DNA of 64,000 nucleotides from a virus. The notes beneath the pieces are model-generated. The model was not told the origin of the DNA, did not search any database, and saw nothing but the letters and a program-made list of their open reading frames with translations. Of the stretch, positions 18,646-26,468 are shown piece after piece. The stretch's first letter is position 1, and every line of letters starts with the position of its first letter. The position numbers were made by a program, and so were the translations under genes. The stretch lies in the UHGV virus genome UHGV-1430452. One strand, written 5' to 3'.

Positions 18646-18675
18646 TCTCATAATAGGTGATGTAATTTTCGCGAA
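18646..18675 (-). promoter_or_regulatory. conserved early-gene motif copy (promoter-like)
   Basis: tctcataataggtgatgtaattttcgcgaa. Confidence 0.5.
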
Positions 18676-18702
18676 TAGAAAAAGAAAATGCCTAGTTTTT
18701 AA

Positions 18703-18966
18703 CTAGACAAATTCTTTAATAATTATTGTTCCACCAACTACATCGATTTTTATTTTATTCATCGCTTTCAACATACTAGCCACTTTTTGCACTGGTAACT
18801 TACTTGTGAAACCATAGAACACCAAGTCGCCCATGGTATATACATGCCCTACTGAATACTTAACTTCAATATCGGCTGTATATTTGCCAAGGCAATCCAT
18901 TGCTCCTAAATTTTTCACAACTTCGTTTTTATTCGCGCATAAAGTAATTTCATATTTAGTAAACAT
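18703..18966 (-). CDS. hypothetical protein
   Basis: 87-aa ORF; AGGAGG RBS. Confidence 0.45.
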   Translation of the reverse strand: MFTKYEITLCANKNEVVKNLGAMDCLGKYTADIEVKYSVGHVYTMGDLVFYGFTSKLPVQKVASMLKAMNKIKIDVVGGTIIIKEFV

Positions 18967-18997
18967 ATAAATTCCTCCTTATTCGATTTCATTGTTT

Positions 18998-19028
18998 TTC
19001 TCATAATAGGTGATGTAATTTTCGCGAA
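18998..19028 (-). promoter_or_regulatory. conserved early-gene motif copy (promoter-like)
   Basis: ttctcataataggtgatgtaattttcgcgaa. Confidence 0.5.
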
Positions 19029-19050
19029 AACAAAAGAGAAAGGGCCCATG

Positions 19051-19191
19051 TTACTGAGCCACTTTCGCTTTCTTATGATTTTTAACTGCTTTCTTAGAAA
19101 CCTCTACTGCTTTATTCACTGCATCACTTGCCAAACTACCGACTACCAATCCGCCAGCAATCTCAATAATGTGTCTAACTAAAACATTCAT
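19051..19191 (-). CDS. small membrane peptide (46 aa)
   Basis: Hand-translated MNVLVRHIIEIAGGLVVGSLASDAVNKAVE...; AGGAGG RBS 8 nt upstream. Confidence 0.4.
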   Translation of the reverse strand: MNVLVRHIIEIAGGLVVGSLASDAVNKAVEVSKKAVKNHKKAKVAQ

Positions 19192-19224
19192 TTTAGATTC
19201 CTCCTGTTAAGCAATTTATTATCT

Positions 19225-19255
19225 TTCCATAATAGGACTTGTAATTTTCGCGAAT
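19225..19255 (-). promoter_or_regulatory. conserved early-gene motif copy (promoter-like)
   Basis: tttccataataggacttgtaattttcgcgaa. Confidence 0.5.
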
Positions 19256-19284
19256 TAAAAGAAAAGACACCGTGTTTCAGGTGC

Positions 19285-19512
19285 CTAATCCTCTGAATCA
19301 ACCATTTGTTCAATTTTCAGTAATACTTTCTGATCAATTTCTCCATCCGCATTGATATGAAATCGTATTTTACCATCCTTCATCTCAGCTTCTATCTCAC
19401 TAATACGGATGTCTGGTTTGACTCCAATATTTTTGTATATAGCTCTAGATATAAGTTTGGCTACCATACCTCTCATAAATCTAGTAGATAATTTAATTTT
19501 CATTTCGTCCAT
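19285..19512 (-). CDS. hypothetical protein
   Basis: 75-aa ORF; AGGAGG RBS. Confidence 0.45.
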   Translation of the reverse strand: MDEMKIKLSTRFMRGMVAKLISRAIYKNIGVKPDIRISEIEAEMKDGKIRFHINADGEIDQKVLLKIEQMVDSED

Positions 19513-19525
19513 AATTACCTCCTCC

Positions 19526-19557
19526 TTCTAGGTTGTTTCCTATAATAGGGGAAGTTT
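19526..19557 (-). promoter_or_regulatory. conserved early-gene motif copy (promoter-like)
   Basis: tttcctataataggggaagtttaagtcgcgaa. Confidence 0.5.
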
Positions 19558-19598
19558 AAGTCGCGAAAACAAAAGAAAGAGCAGTGGGTGACACCGCT

Positions 19599-19706
19599 CT
19601 AACTGTTTCTCAAAAATCGAATGAGAATCCATACAAGCCATAATCCTCCGGTTGCAAATACTAATACAAAGTCGATAAGCAATCCGAATAATCCACGCTT
19701 TTTCAT
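19599..19706 (-). CDS. small hydrophobic peptide (35 aa)
   Basis: Hand-translated MKKRGLFGLLIDFVLVFATGGLWLVWILIRFLRNS; AGGAGAAG RBS. Confidence 0.35.
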   Translation of the reverse strand: MKKRGLFGLLIDFVLVFATGGLWLVWILIRFLRNS

Positions 19707-19731
19707 GATTATCTTCTCCTTTCATTTTCTT

Positions 19732-19758
19732 TTCACAATAGGAGAAGTTTTTATCGCG
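19732..19758 (-). promoter_or_regulatory. conserved early-gene motif copy (promoter-like)
   Basis: ttcacaataggagaagtttttatcgcg. Confidence 0.45.
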
Positions 19759-19809
19759 TGCATTATCAGTTCCTTCAAATACAAAATAAAAGAGACCAAT
19801 CGGCCTCTC

Positions 19810-19959
19810 TTACATGTTTCGTTTAGAAAGTTCTTCTGCTACCTTCTTTGCAATCTTTTCATCCAATAACTTATCTGTACTTTGTTTCCCTGCGAATGTT
19901 AATCCCGCACTAACAATAGCTGTTATAAGCTTTGCAATTCTAATTACTTTTGGTGACAT
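19810..19959 (-). CDS. small membrane peptide (49 aa)
   Basis: Hand-translated MSPKVIRIAKLITAIVSAGLTFAGKQSTDKLLDEKIAKKVAEELSKRNM; AGGAGG RBS. Confidence 0.4.
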   Translation of the reverse strand: MSPKVIRIAKLITAIVSAGLTFAGKQSTDKLLDEKIAKKVAEELSKRNM

Positions 19960-19972
19960 AAATATACCTCCT

Positions 19973-20000
19973 TTCTATAATAGAAGAGGTTTAAATCGCG
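19973..20000 (-). promoter_or_regulatory. conserved early-gene motif copy (promoter-like)
   Basis: ttctataatagaagaggtttaaatcgcg. Confidence 0.45.
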
Positions 20001-20350
20001 CGTCTATCGAAGCAAGTTTCCCATCGTTCTCGCTTAACTGGCTTCATTTTCATAGTCCACATCATTTGTCGGACCGTTACGGTGGGATATAAACCGTTCT
20101 CAGGTTCTCCCGATCTATCCTCGAAGAACTCCAGGAATCTTTCATGTAAATATAAAGTGTCTGTCAGCCACGGATCAATCTCGCCCCACCAGGTATTTTT
20201 CGTCGCTGGATCATATCGCTGCTGAATAACAGCTAGTCCTTTTCGTCCCATTTTGAATAAAGTACATTTACTGTAAACTGGATGATCACATTCATAAGTT
20301 TCTCCGTACATCGATACATAAACTTTTGGCTTTTCGTAGTGATAACGCAT
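19991..20350 (-). CDS. hypothetical protein
   Basis: 119-aa ORF. Confidence 0.45.
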   Translation of the reverse strand: MRYHYEKPKVYVSMYGETYECDHPVYSKCTLFKMGRKGLAVIQQRYDPATKNTWWGEIDPWLTDTLYLHERFLEFFEDRSGEPENGLYPTVTVRQMMWTMKMKPVKRERWETCFDRRAI

Positions 20351-20378
20351 ATTACTATTATCCTTTCTTTAACTTTAG

Positions 20379-20408
20379 TTATATAACTTTTGTTTAAACT
20401 CTCGCGTT
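20379..20408 (-). promoter_or_regulatory. degenerate copy of the early-gene motif
   Basis: Minus-strand AACGCGAGAGTTTAAACAAAAGTTATATAAC keeps the CGCGA, AAACA and TTATAT elements. Confidence 0.3.
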
Positions 20409-20446
20409 AGGAAATATAAAAGAAGAAAAAAAAAGAAAAGACTATG

Positions 20447-20523
20447 GGAATAGCGCGGGATTCGAACCCACGACGTTGAGTTTCCTCTTATTCTTCCATT
20501 AGAACTAACCGTCTTAACTATTC
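20447..20523 (-). tRNA. tRNA-like element (good acceptor and T-arm; no canonical anticodon stem found)
   Basis: Minus-strand GAATAGT/GCTATTC acceptor, T-arm GTGGG-TTCGAAT-CCCGC, D-arm-like AGA-CGGTTAGT-TCT; central 29 nt purine-rich with only a short GAG-GAAA-CTC hairpin. Confidence 0.4.
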
Positions 20524-20570
20524 CAGAGACTTCTTCCGATATATTGCTATACGGGAATTGTTCTCTTCTT

Positions 20571-20600
20571 TTCTATAATAGGAAATGTTTATTTAGCGAA
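20571..20600 (-). promoter_or_regulatory. conserved early-gene motif copy, upstream of the tRNA-like element
   Basis: ttctataataggaaatgtttatttagcgaa, ~45 nt from the 5' end of the tRNA-like element. Confidence 0.45.
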
Positions 20601-20643
20601 AGAAAATAGCCCAGGCGTTTAACCCGAGCTAATTCTCTTAAAC

Positions 20644-21012
20644 TTATTCGTTACCATTGAGTTTCTCAATAGCTTCAACCTTCCTGCTGTCAAACATCGT
20701 AGAATTTACAATACTCATCACAGCTTTGTAATATGTTTTCGGCTGATCCTTCTTGAGCAACTCTATCGCCTGAACTTTACGACTATCAAACATGCTGCTG
20801 TTCATTATCGAAGCTACCGCACTGTCATAATCTGCTGTGCTAAATATATCCGCTAATAAATCAACTTCATATGTGTCCTGTTTTCGTTTCTTTTCACGCA
20901 ATACAACTGCCACAATTGGAATCGCAATACCAATCCCATTTGCTACATATTCTGTGATTTTCCATAAACTCTCTTTTGTTTTCTCGCTAGTTAAAACTTC
21001 TTTGATTTTCAT
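20644..21012 (-). CDS. membrane protein with internal duplicated segment
   Basis: 122 aa; TM helix; SIMNSSMFDSRKVQAIELL and SIVNSTMFDSRKVEAIEKL repeats. Confidence 0.45.
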   Translation of the reverse strand: MKIKEVLTSEKTKESLWKITEYVANGIGIAIPIVAVVLREKKRKQDTYEVDLLADIFSTADYDSAVASIMNSSMFDSRKVQAIELLKKDQPKTYYKAVMSIVNSTMFDSRKVEAIEKLNGNE

Positions 21013-21035
21013 ATCAATAACCTCCTATAAGTTTA

Positions 21036-21066
21036 TTCTCATAACAGGCGTTGTAATAATAGCGAA
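21036..21066 (-). promoter_or_regulatory. conserved early-gene motif copy (promoter-like)
   Basis: ttctcataacaggcgttgtaataatagcgaa. Confidence 0.45.
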
Positions 21067-21112
21067 AAAGAAGAGCCTAAGTCATTTCGACTCAAGCCCT
21101 TCCATTTTGAAA

Positions 21113-21496
21113 TTACTTTTTTGGGAGTAACTTCTGAATGAATCCTCGACCCATTATTGTTGTGATGGTTCCAGTCTCTTCGAATTTGATAGACTTGATT
21201 GTGCCCCAGATAGTAACCGCTGTCGGTATAACAATACCCGCTCCTGTTAAGCAATTCTTAACAACTCGATCTTTTCGTTCATCTTTAAGCTGCTCTGCTC
21301 TTAATTCAGCATCAACATTTTGCTGATCCTTTTTAAGTTCTTGTTCAGCCTTAATTTTCTCAAGTTCGATTGCTCGATCACATAACTTTGTCAGGCCGTC
21401 TACCGTATTTTTGTACTTATCTGTACCTACTTCAAGTTTTCCTAACTCTTCGAATTCGTCCTGAATCTCATCTTTTAATAATGTTTCAATACTCAT
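21113..21496 (-). CDS. membrane protein with coiled-coil N-terminus (start moved to ATG with RBS)
   Basis: AGGAGG before MSIETLL...; C-terminal TM helix. Confidence 0.45.
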   Translation of the reverse strand: MSIETLLKDEIQDEFEELGKLEVGTDKYKNTVDGLTKLCDRAIELEKIKAEQELKKDQQNVDAELRAEQLKDERKDRVVKNCLTGAGIVIPTAVTIWGTIKSIKFEETGTITTIMGRGFIQKLLPKK

Positions 21497-21520
21497 TTTG
21501 AACTCCTCCTTATATTCGTA

Positions 21521-21549
21521 TTTCATAATAGGGAATGTTATTTTTGCGA
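21521..21549 (-). promoter_or_regulatory. conserved early-gene motif copy (promoter-like)
   Basis: tttcataatagggaatgttatttttgcga. Confidence 0.45.
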
Positions 21550-21747
21550 CAGATCTACTCTAAGCATTACGTGTTTATCTTTTCGTAGCTTATATGCCTT
21601 ACCACTATCTATTTCTAAAAATAAATACGGTGCTGAGTCTGGATCTGAGCTGTCTACTTTCAGTGTGCCGATTGGCTTTTTTACTAAGAGTGTCGTTGCC
21701 ACAACTGCACCTATCAGCATACCTACTAATAAAAATAAAAGTTCCAC
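21538..21747 (-). CDS. small membrane protein (GTG start)
   Basis: GGAGG RBS then GTG; ELLFLLVGMLIGAVVATTLLVKK... Confidence 0.35.
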   Translation of the reverse strand: MELLFLLVGMLIGAVVATTLLVKKPIGTLKVDSSDPDSAPYLFLEIDSGKAYKLRKDKHVMLRVDLSQK

Positions 21748-21766
21748 TACGCTACTTCCTCCTTTC

Positions 21767-21789
21767 TTCAATAGAATTGTTTTATCGAA
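21767..21789 (-). promoter_or_regulatory. weak copy of the early-gene motif
   Basis: ttcaatagaattgttttatcgaa. Confidence 0.3.
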
Positions 21790-21907
21790 AACTCCCTCCC
21801 GGGAAATTTTCACTTTAGAATTTTAATATTGTTTCCTGTCACCTATGTACGGAATATCTATTCTAGATTAGAGTTTGTTTTAATCTAGGTTAAAGAAAAA
21901 AGAGAGC

Positions 21908-22144
21908 CTAAGCCCTCTTATCTGTCATAAAACTTGGTAACTGAAGTTCTGGTTTATAAGTCATTAACTCTGCTTCATATAGCCTCATGATAATAGCTAT
22001 CTCATCTTCATGAATACTTTTTATCAACTTAAAGACTTTATCATAATCAACATCTGATTTATTCTTCATTTGACAAATATAATCCACGAGTCTGGTATAC
22101 TTATCATCCGCAGTTCCTATCATTGCCGCAAATTTAACTTCCAT
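21908..22144 (-). CDS. hypothetical protein
   Basis: 78-aa ORF; AGGAGG RBS. Confidence 0.45.
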   Translation of the reverse strand: MEVKFAAMIGTADDKYTRLVDYICQMKNKSDVDYDKVFKLIKSIHEDEIAIIMRLYEAELMTYKPELQLPSFMTDKRA

Positions 22145-22176
22145 AATTTATCCTCCTTAAATTTAAAGTTTTATGT

Positions 22177-22206
22177 TTCTATAAAGTAGTATGTATTTTT
22201 GGCGAA
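22177..22206 (-). promoter_or_regulatory. conserved early-gene motif copy (promoter-like)
   Basis: ttctataaagtagtatgtatttttggcgaa. Confidence 0.45.
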
Positions 22207-22225
22207 AAAGAAAAGAAGAGACCGA

Positions 22226-22426
22226 TTAGGCCTCCTCTTTAAATAACTCAGGGTATTTCTCCATCAGTTCTTTTCTGTCTCGTTCAATGTCTTTTTCTAT
22301 ATGCTCGATTTCTGCTTCCAATTTACCTGTGCTTTTACCTAAACGGTAACCCAGATAAGATCCTACAGCATAAACCAATCCGGCATATAAACCAAAACCT
22401 AAACCAGCTTTTAAATTAGCTTTCAT
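22226..22426 (-). CDS. small glycine-zipper membrane protein
   Basis: 66 aa; AGLGFGLYAGLVYAVGSYLG then a charged helix. Confidence 0.45.
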   Translation of the reverse strand: MKANLKAGLGFGLYAGLVYAVGSYLGYRLGKSTGKLEAEIEHIEKDIERDRKELMEKYPELFKEEA

Positions 22427-22447
22427 GATAGATCACTCCTATAATTT

Positions 22448-22477
22448 ATTCTCATAATAGGCGTTGTTTTAGTCGCG
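22448..22477 (-). promoter_or_regulatory. conserved early-gene motif copy (promoter-like)
   Basis: ttctcataataggcgttgttttagtcgcga. Confidence 0.5.
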
Positions 22478-22657
22478 ATCATCAAACGGTACTTCTATGT
22501 TTTCAATCTCGTCAGAAATAATCTCCCCGTCACCGATAAGTAGTTCTCTTTTGTTTATTTGATTAACGCTAGTTCGATATATACCCTCAGCTACTGCTAG
22601 TCCGATAAATGTACTTACTCCCCAAAGAATTCCTTTGATTAATTTATTAGTATCCAT
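22469..22657 (-). CDS. small membrane protein (start moved to ATG)
   Basis: GAGAGGAAA RBS before MDTNKLIKGILWGVSTFIGLAVAEG... Confidence 0.4.
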   Translation of the reverse strand: MDTNKLIKGILWGVSTFIGLAVAEGIYRTSVNQINKRELLIGDGEIISDEIENIEVPFDDRD

Positions 22658-22737
22658 TTTGAATTTTCCTCTCATGATATATTCTCTATTGGAAATCAAA
22701 AGGAAGAGTATCTGCATAGATACCCGCCTTTTTGTTT

Positions 22738-22953
22738 TTAATTATTGCTTGTGGTCCAACCCATGTTGTTCTGTGTGAATGAGTTGTTAATGCCGTTGAT
22801 AGTTCTTACTCTATCCTCGTACAATGAATTGTCGCTAATGATGCTAACTCCGAATTTCCATTTGAAGTCTGGAATTTCGTTAGCTGCTTTCATAGCTTCA
22901 TCCCATTTCTCAAGGAAGACTTCTATCGCATATCCTCTCTCTACACTATCCAT
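22738..22953 (-). CDS. hypothetical protein
   Basis: 71-aa ORF; GGAGGG RBS. Confidence 0.45.
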   Translation of the reverse strand: MDSVERGYAIEVFLEKWDEAMKAANEIPDFKWKFGVSIISDNSLYEDRVRTINGINNSFTQNNMGWTTSNN

Positions 22954-22987
22954 GTCGTTACCCTCCTTTATAATAATTTTCTATAAA

Positions 22988-23017
22988 GGAGCGTGTAATT
23001 TTCGCGAATATCTAATC
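22988..23017 (-). promoter_or_regulatory. conserved early-gene motif copy (promoter-like)
   Basis: ttctataaaggagcgtgtaattttcgcgaa. Confidence 0.5.
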
Positions 23018-23056
23018 CCGTGCATTAATCAACTTCAGATTCTCACTTCGTTCTAA

Positions 23057-23476
23057 TCAATCCCTAGCATTCGATAGCAGCCAAAAGAACCTTCTGTACC
23101 TGTCGTAATACATGTCTCTACCGCACGGAATATCTAACTTTGACCGCAGGTAAGTATACGATAAACCCTCTGTAACCGCTTTTAAAATGTAATCGTACAA
23201 ATAACGGTCTGCATCCAAAGCTATCCTCTCGATTAGATCGATTTTCTCTTTATAATAAGCTCTCAAGATTGCTCTCTTACCTGTTGGATCACCAGGCATA
23301 TTGCTCGTTGGGATTTTCTCGATCATGGATAACGGTACAGAATGATCGTTAAAAGCAGCATAAGCACTCTTCCATATCGGATACTGTAAACAAAAATGTT
23401 TTAGTTCGTAATATCGATGTTTGCTAATCCAGTATTTGTTGTTCTCAGACAGCTCTGGACGTATTCTTGTTGCCAT
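23057..23476 (-). CDS. hypothetical protein (possible transcription regulator)
   Basis: 139 aa, third gene of the Cro-side operon; regulator role is a guess from context. Confidence 0.3.
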   Translation of the reverse strand: MATRIRPELSENNKYWISKHRYYELKHFCLQYPIWKSAYAAFNDHSVPLSMIEKIPTSNMPGDPTGKRAILRAYYKEKIDLIERIALDADRYLYDYILKAVTEGLSYTYLRSKLDIPCGRDMYYDRYRRFFWLLSNARD

Positions 23477-23615
23477 TTTGATTTTTCTCCTTCAATTTAT
23501 TCTTCCTGCATTTATCTGCTTTCTTCATAAATTTAACAGTGGCTTTTTCCAACTTCTCTCTATCAACTTCTCCATAAACATTAACGATAGCATTCTTATA
23601 ACGGTATGTTTCCAT
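23445..23615 (-). CDS. small basic protein (56 aa)
   Basis: Hand-translated METYRYKNAIVNVYGEVDREKLEKATVKFMKKADK...; coupled to the stop of the Cro-like gene; weak RBS. Confidence 0.25.
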   Translation of the reverse strand: METYRYKNAIVNVYGEVDREKLEKATVKFMKKADKCRKNKLKEKNQNGNKNTSRAV

Positions 23616-23617
23616 CA

Positions 23618-23827
23618 CTATTTACTCCGTGATAAGAATATGTCCAATGCTTCTAGGTTAGTTAATCCAAGAACCTCTTTTAACTTAGCCGCTTCATTTA
23701 CCGTAAATGCATCAAATCCATTTAGCTTACGATAAAAAGAAGATCTGTTGATGTCGATCAGATCAGCGGTCTTAGCCACGTTCAATCCCTTTTCGACTAT
23801 CTTGCCTTTTAATTTATTCGCATTCAT
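23618..23827 (-). CDS. Cro/excisionase-like HTH protein
   Basis: HTH LNVAKTADLIDINRSSFYRKL; divergent from the XRE repressor gene; GAGAGGTG RBS before MNANK. Confidence 0.6.
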   Translation of the reverse strand: MNANKLKGKIVEKGLNVAKTADLIDINRSSFYRKLNGFDAFTVNEAAKLKEVLGLTNLEALDIFLSRSK

Positions 23828-24052
23828 GCACATCACCTCTCGCTGTATTTGTCGCTTATCTGCAACAACACGAGAATATCACCAGCTTACTTTTTCTGTC
23901 AATAACTTTTTCGCATAAAACGAAAACGATTTATTCTAGAATACAATTTATTTGCATATATGCGATTTTGTGTGTATCATATGGATTGATAAGAGAAGAA
24001 TAAGAAAGAGTCCTAAGACTCATCTTCGCGATAGTATAAAGGAGTTAACCGA
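23828..24052. promoter_or_regulatory. lysis/lysogeny switch region with divergent promoters and palindromic operator candidates
   Basis: Between divergent HTH genes; palindrome GCATATATGC at 23954-23963, TGTGTATCATATGG -10-like element, GAGTC-CTAA-GACTC hairpin at 24009-24022. Confidence 0.5.
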
Positions 24053-24649
24053 ATGACAATAGGACAAAAAATAAAAGAATTACGCAATCAACTTAATATG
24101 TCGGTGGATGATCTTGCTGTGAAACTGGGTAAGAACCGTGCGACTATCTACCGCTATGAACGAGGAGATATCGAGAACCTCCCTCTCGATGTACTAGAAC
24201 CATTAGCAAATGCTCTTGAGACCACACCTGGTTATTTAATGGGATGGGAAGAAACTACGAAAAAGAAAGAGCCTTCAATTATCGATGAAGTTACCATGGG
24301 TGACGTTTTTAAAGCGTTACGTCTAGGAAGTAATTTATCGATAGAGGAATTTTCGCATGAGATTGGATTATCTGCCCAAGACATAAGCAATTATGAAGCA
24401 GGAAAGACTCCTATACCTGTAAATATAATTAATCTTGTTGCTGATTTCTTTGGCATATCAATAGCGGAAATAGTTAAGGCACACAAAAACAGCGAAAATA
24501 GAACGCCTTCTGGTTTCGAAATGAAAAAGGAACGATTTGAACGTTTTAAAGTTTGGAATAAAGAGTTTGGACGAATACATTTTACTGATGAAGAAATCAA
24601 TAAAATAATGGAATATACAAGGTTCTTACTTAGCCAAAGAAGACAGTAA
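24053..24649 (+). CDS. XRE-family repressor with two tandem HTH domains
   Basis: IKELRNQLNMSVDDLAVKLGKNRATIYRYERG and FKALRLGSNLSIEEFSHEIGLSAQDISNYEAG. Confidence 0.8.
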   Translation: MTIGQKIKELRNQLNMSVDDLAVKLGKNRATIYRYERGDIENLPLDVLEPLANALETTPGYLMGWEETTKKKEPSIIDEVTMGDVFKALRLGSNLSIEEFSHEIGLSAQDISNYEAGKTPIPVNIINLVADFFGISIAEIVKAHKNSENRTPSGFEMKKERFERFKVWNKEFGRIHFTDEEINKIMEYTRFLLSQRRQ

Positions 24650-24734
24650 GTCTACATAGGTTTACTCTATTTAAAGGAGGTGATGCCTGAATTCAGTTCA
24701 TCGTAGAATTTACATCAAAGGAAAGGTGGAACCA

Positions 24735-26312
24735 ATGACAACGTTTGATATGAACAACGCTGTAGACAATGCGTTCGGTATGGACGTATATGCTATCTAT
24801 CTTCGGAAAAGTCGAGCCGATGTAGAAGCAGAAAAACTTGGAGAAGGAGAAACACTAGCAAGGCATAGAAAGATACTAACAGAACTTGCTGCTAGAAAAG
24901 GATTGTATATCGGTAAGATTTACGAGGAAATTGTATCTGGTGAAACAATCGAAGCTAGACCTGAAATACAAAAACTGATAGAAGATTGTTATAAAGGGAA
25001 ATATAGAGGAATCCTAATAGTAGAAGTTACTCGTCTATCTCGTGGTAATCAAGGAGACGCTCAAAAAATACTCGACTGTCTCAAATATTCGAATAGAAAC
25101 AATGGTGTATTAGTTATCACTCCTACTAAGACTTATGACGTTGCACACAGCCAAGAAGACGAAGAATATATGGAGTTTGAATTGTTTATGTCTCGTCGAG
25201 AATATAAGATGATTCAAAAGCGTATGGATCGTGGCCGTAAACAAGCAGTCGTAGAAGGAAACTTCATGGGTAGTTACCGTCCCTATGGATATGACATCTT
25301 AAAAACCAAGACCGGACGAACACTTATACCGAATGAAGATGAAGCTCCTATCGTGAAAATGATTTACGAATGGACAGTTAACGATAATTTATCTCCTTTC
25401 AAGATAGCTGAGCGTTTAACTAATATGGGTGTTCCTACTTATTATGGTGAGAAGGATTGGTCTAAAGAAACAGTTAAAACCATTTTGACGAATCAGACAT
25501 ACATGGGTAAAGTTCGTTGGAATGATCGAATGACTGTTAAGACTATGGTCGACGGAGAACTTAAAGCTACACGACCTCGTTCAAATCATTCCGATCACTT
25601 CATGCTATATGATGGAAAACATATGAAACACGCACTCGTCGACGAAGAAACATTCAAAGCAGCCTCCTCTCGCTTTCATAACGATAGGACAAGATCAAAT
25701 CTAAAACTTGTTAATCCTCTTGCAGGACTTCTATTTTGTAAGAAATGTGGTAAATCTATGGGTTATCAATCATATAGACATAAGAAAAACGGACCAATGG
25801 ATCGATACAATCATAGACAGTCTGCTAATGGATGCAAGGTTAAGTCAGCAGTTGCTGAGGATGTTATAAAAGCTGTTATACATGCTTTGAAACTTTATAT
25901 AGAAGATTTCGAATTTAAGTTAGACAACACTCCAGATGTTGACGAAAATTCAATCAATACGCAGCTCGAAGCTTTACAAAAAGAAATACGAAAATCCGAA
26001 CGAAAACTTGCTAAGCTATTCGATTCTTGGGAAGATGAGAAGATAACAGATAATGAATTTGTTCAAAGGAAAGCCGTCCATAATCAGAAGATAGAAAATA
26101 TAAAGAGGCAAATGGAAGAACTCGAATATTCGATACCAGAAAGAGAAGAATATGAGGATAAAATAATATTGCTGTCTGAAGCACTTGTCGCTATCACAGA
26201 CGAATCGCTTGACGCAGATATTAAGAACGAGTATCTTAAAAGAATCATTGATAGAATAGAGTTTAGTAGAGAGAATAACTCAGAGTTTATACTAGATATA
26301 GACTTATGCTAA
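24735..26312 (+). CDS. int: large serine recombinase (integrase)
   Basis: N-terminal catalytic region YLRKSRAD...ARHRKIL; recombinase domain; zinc ribbon CKKCGKSMG...CKVKS; C-terminal coiled-coil; ~525 aa. Confidence 0.85.
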   Translation: MTTFDMNNAVDNAFGMDVYAIYLRKSRADVEAEKLGEGETLARHRKILTELAARKGLYIGKIYEEIVSGETIEARPEIQKLIEDCYKGKYRGILIVEVTRLSRGNQGDAQKILDCLKYSNRNNGVLVITPTKTYDVAHSQEDEEYMEFELFMSRREYKMIQKRMDRGRKQAVVEGNFMGSYRPYGYDILKTKTGRTLIPNEDEAPIVKMIYEWTVNDNLSPFKIAERLTNMGVPTYYGEKDWSKETVKTILTNQTYMGKVRWNDRMTVKTMVDGELKATRPRSNHSDHFMLYDGKHMKHALVDEETFKAASSRFHNDRTRSNLKLVNPLAGLLFCKKCGKSMGYQSYRHKKNGPMDRYNHRQSANGCKVKSAVAEDVIKAVIHALKLYIEDFEFKLDNTPDVDENSINTQLEALQKEIRKSERKLAKLFDSWEDEKITDNEFVQRKAVHNQKIENIKRQMEELEYSIPEREEYEDKIILLSEALVAITDESLDADIKNEYLKRIIDRIEFSRENNSEFILDIDLC

Positions 26313-26373
26313 ATGGTGGCTTTGCTGCCTGTAAGACCTGCACTAAAATGGTGTAGGTAACTTTTTCCCCGAC

Positions 26374-26421
26374 ATATATATCATGGTTGTGTTTCTTTTA
26401 TATCGCCACCATGATATATAT
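26374..26421. repeat. 14-bp perfect inverted repeat with 20-bp spacer (candidate attP core or operator)
   Basis: ATATATATCATGGT at 26374-26387 and its reverse complement ACCATGATATATAT at 26408-26421. Confidence 0.4.
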
Positions 26422-26468
26422 CACAGGGAAACTATTCTAAACGTTGATATATCAAGGAGGAGATATAC

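Noticed and set aside
19540-19725. 61-aa ORF from the ORF track
   Set aside because: It runs through the motif copy at 19526-19557; a 35-aa peptide with a proper RBS (19599..19706) is the better model.
18217-23017. Regularly recurring ~30-bp repeats that look superficially like a CRISPR array
   Set aside because: Spacing is irregular (about 200-500 bp), the repeats are not identical, and every interval holds an ORF with an RBS.
24726-24734. Upstream GTG start for the integrase
   Set aside because: The RBS AAAGGAAAGG is better spaced for the ATG at 24735; the GTG would overlap the RBS.
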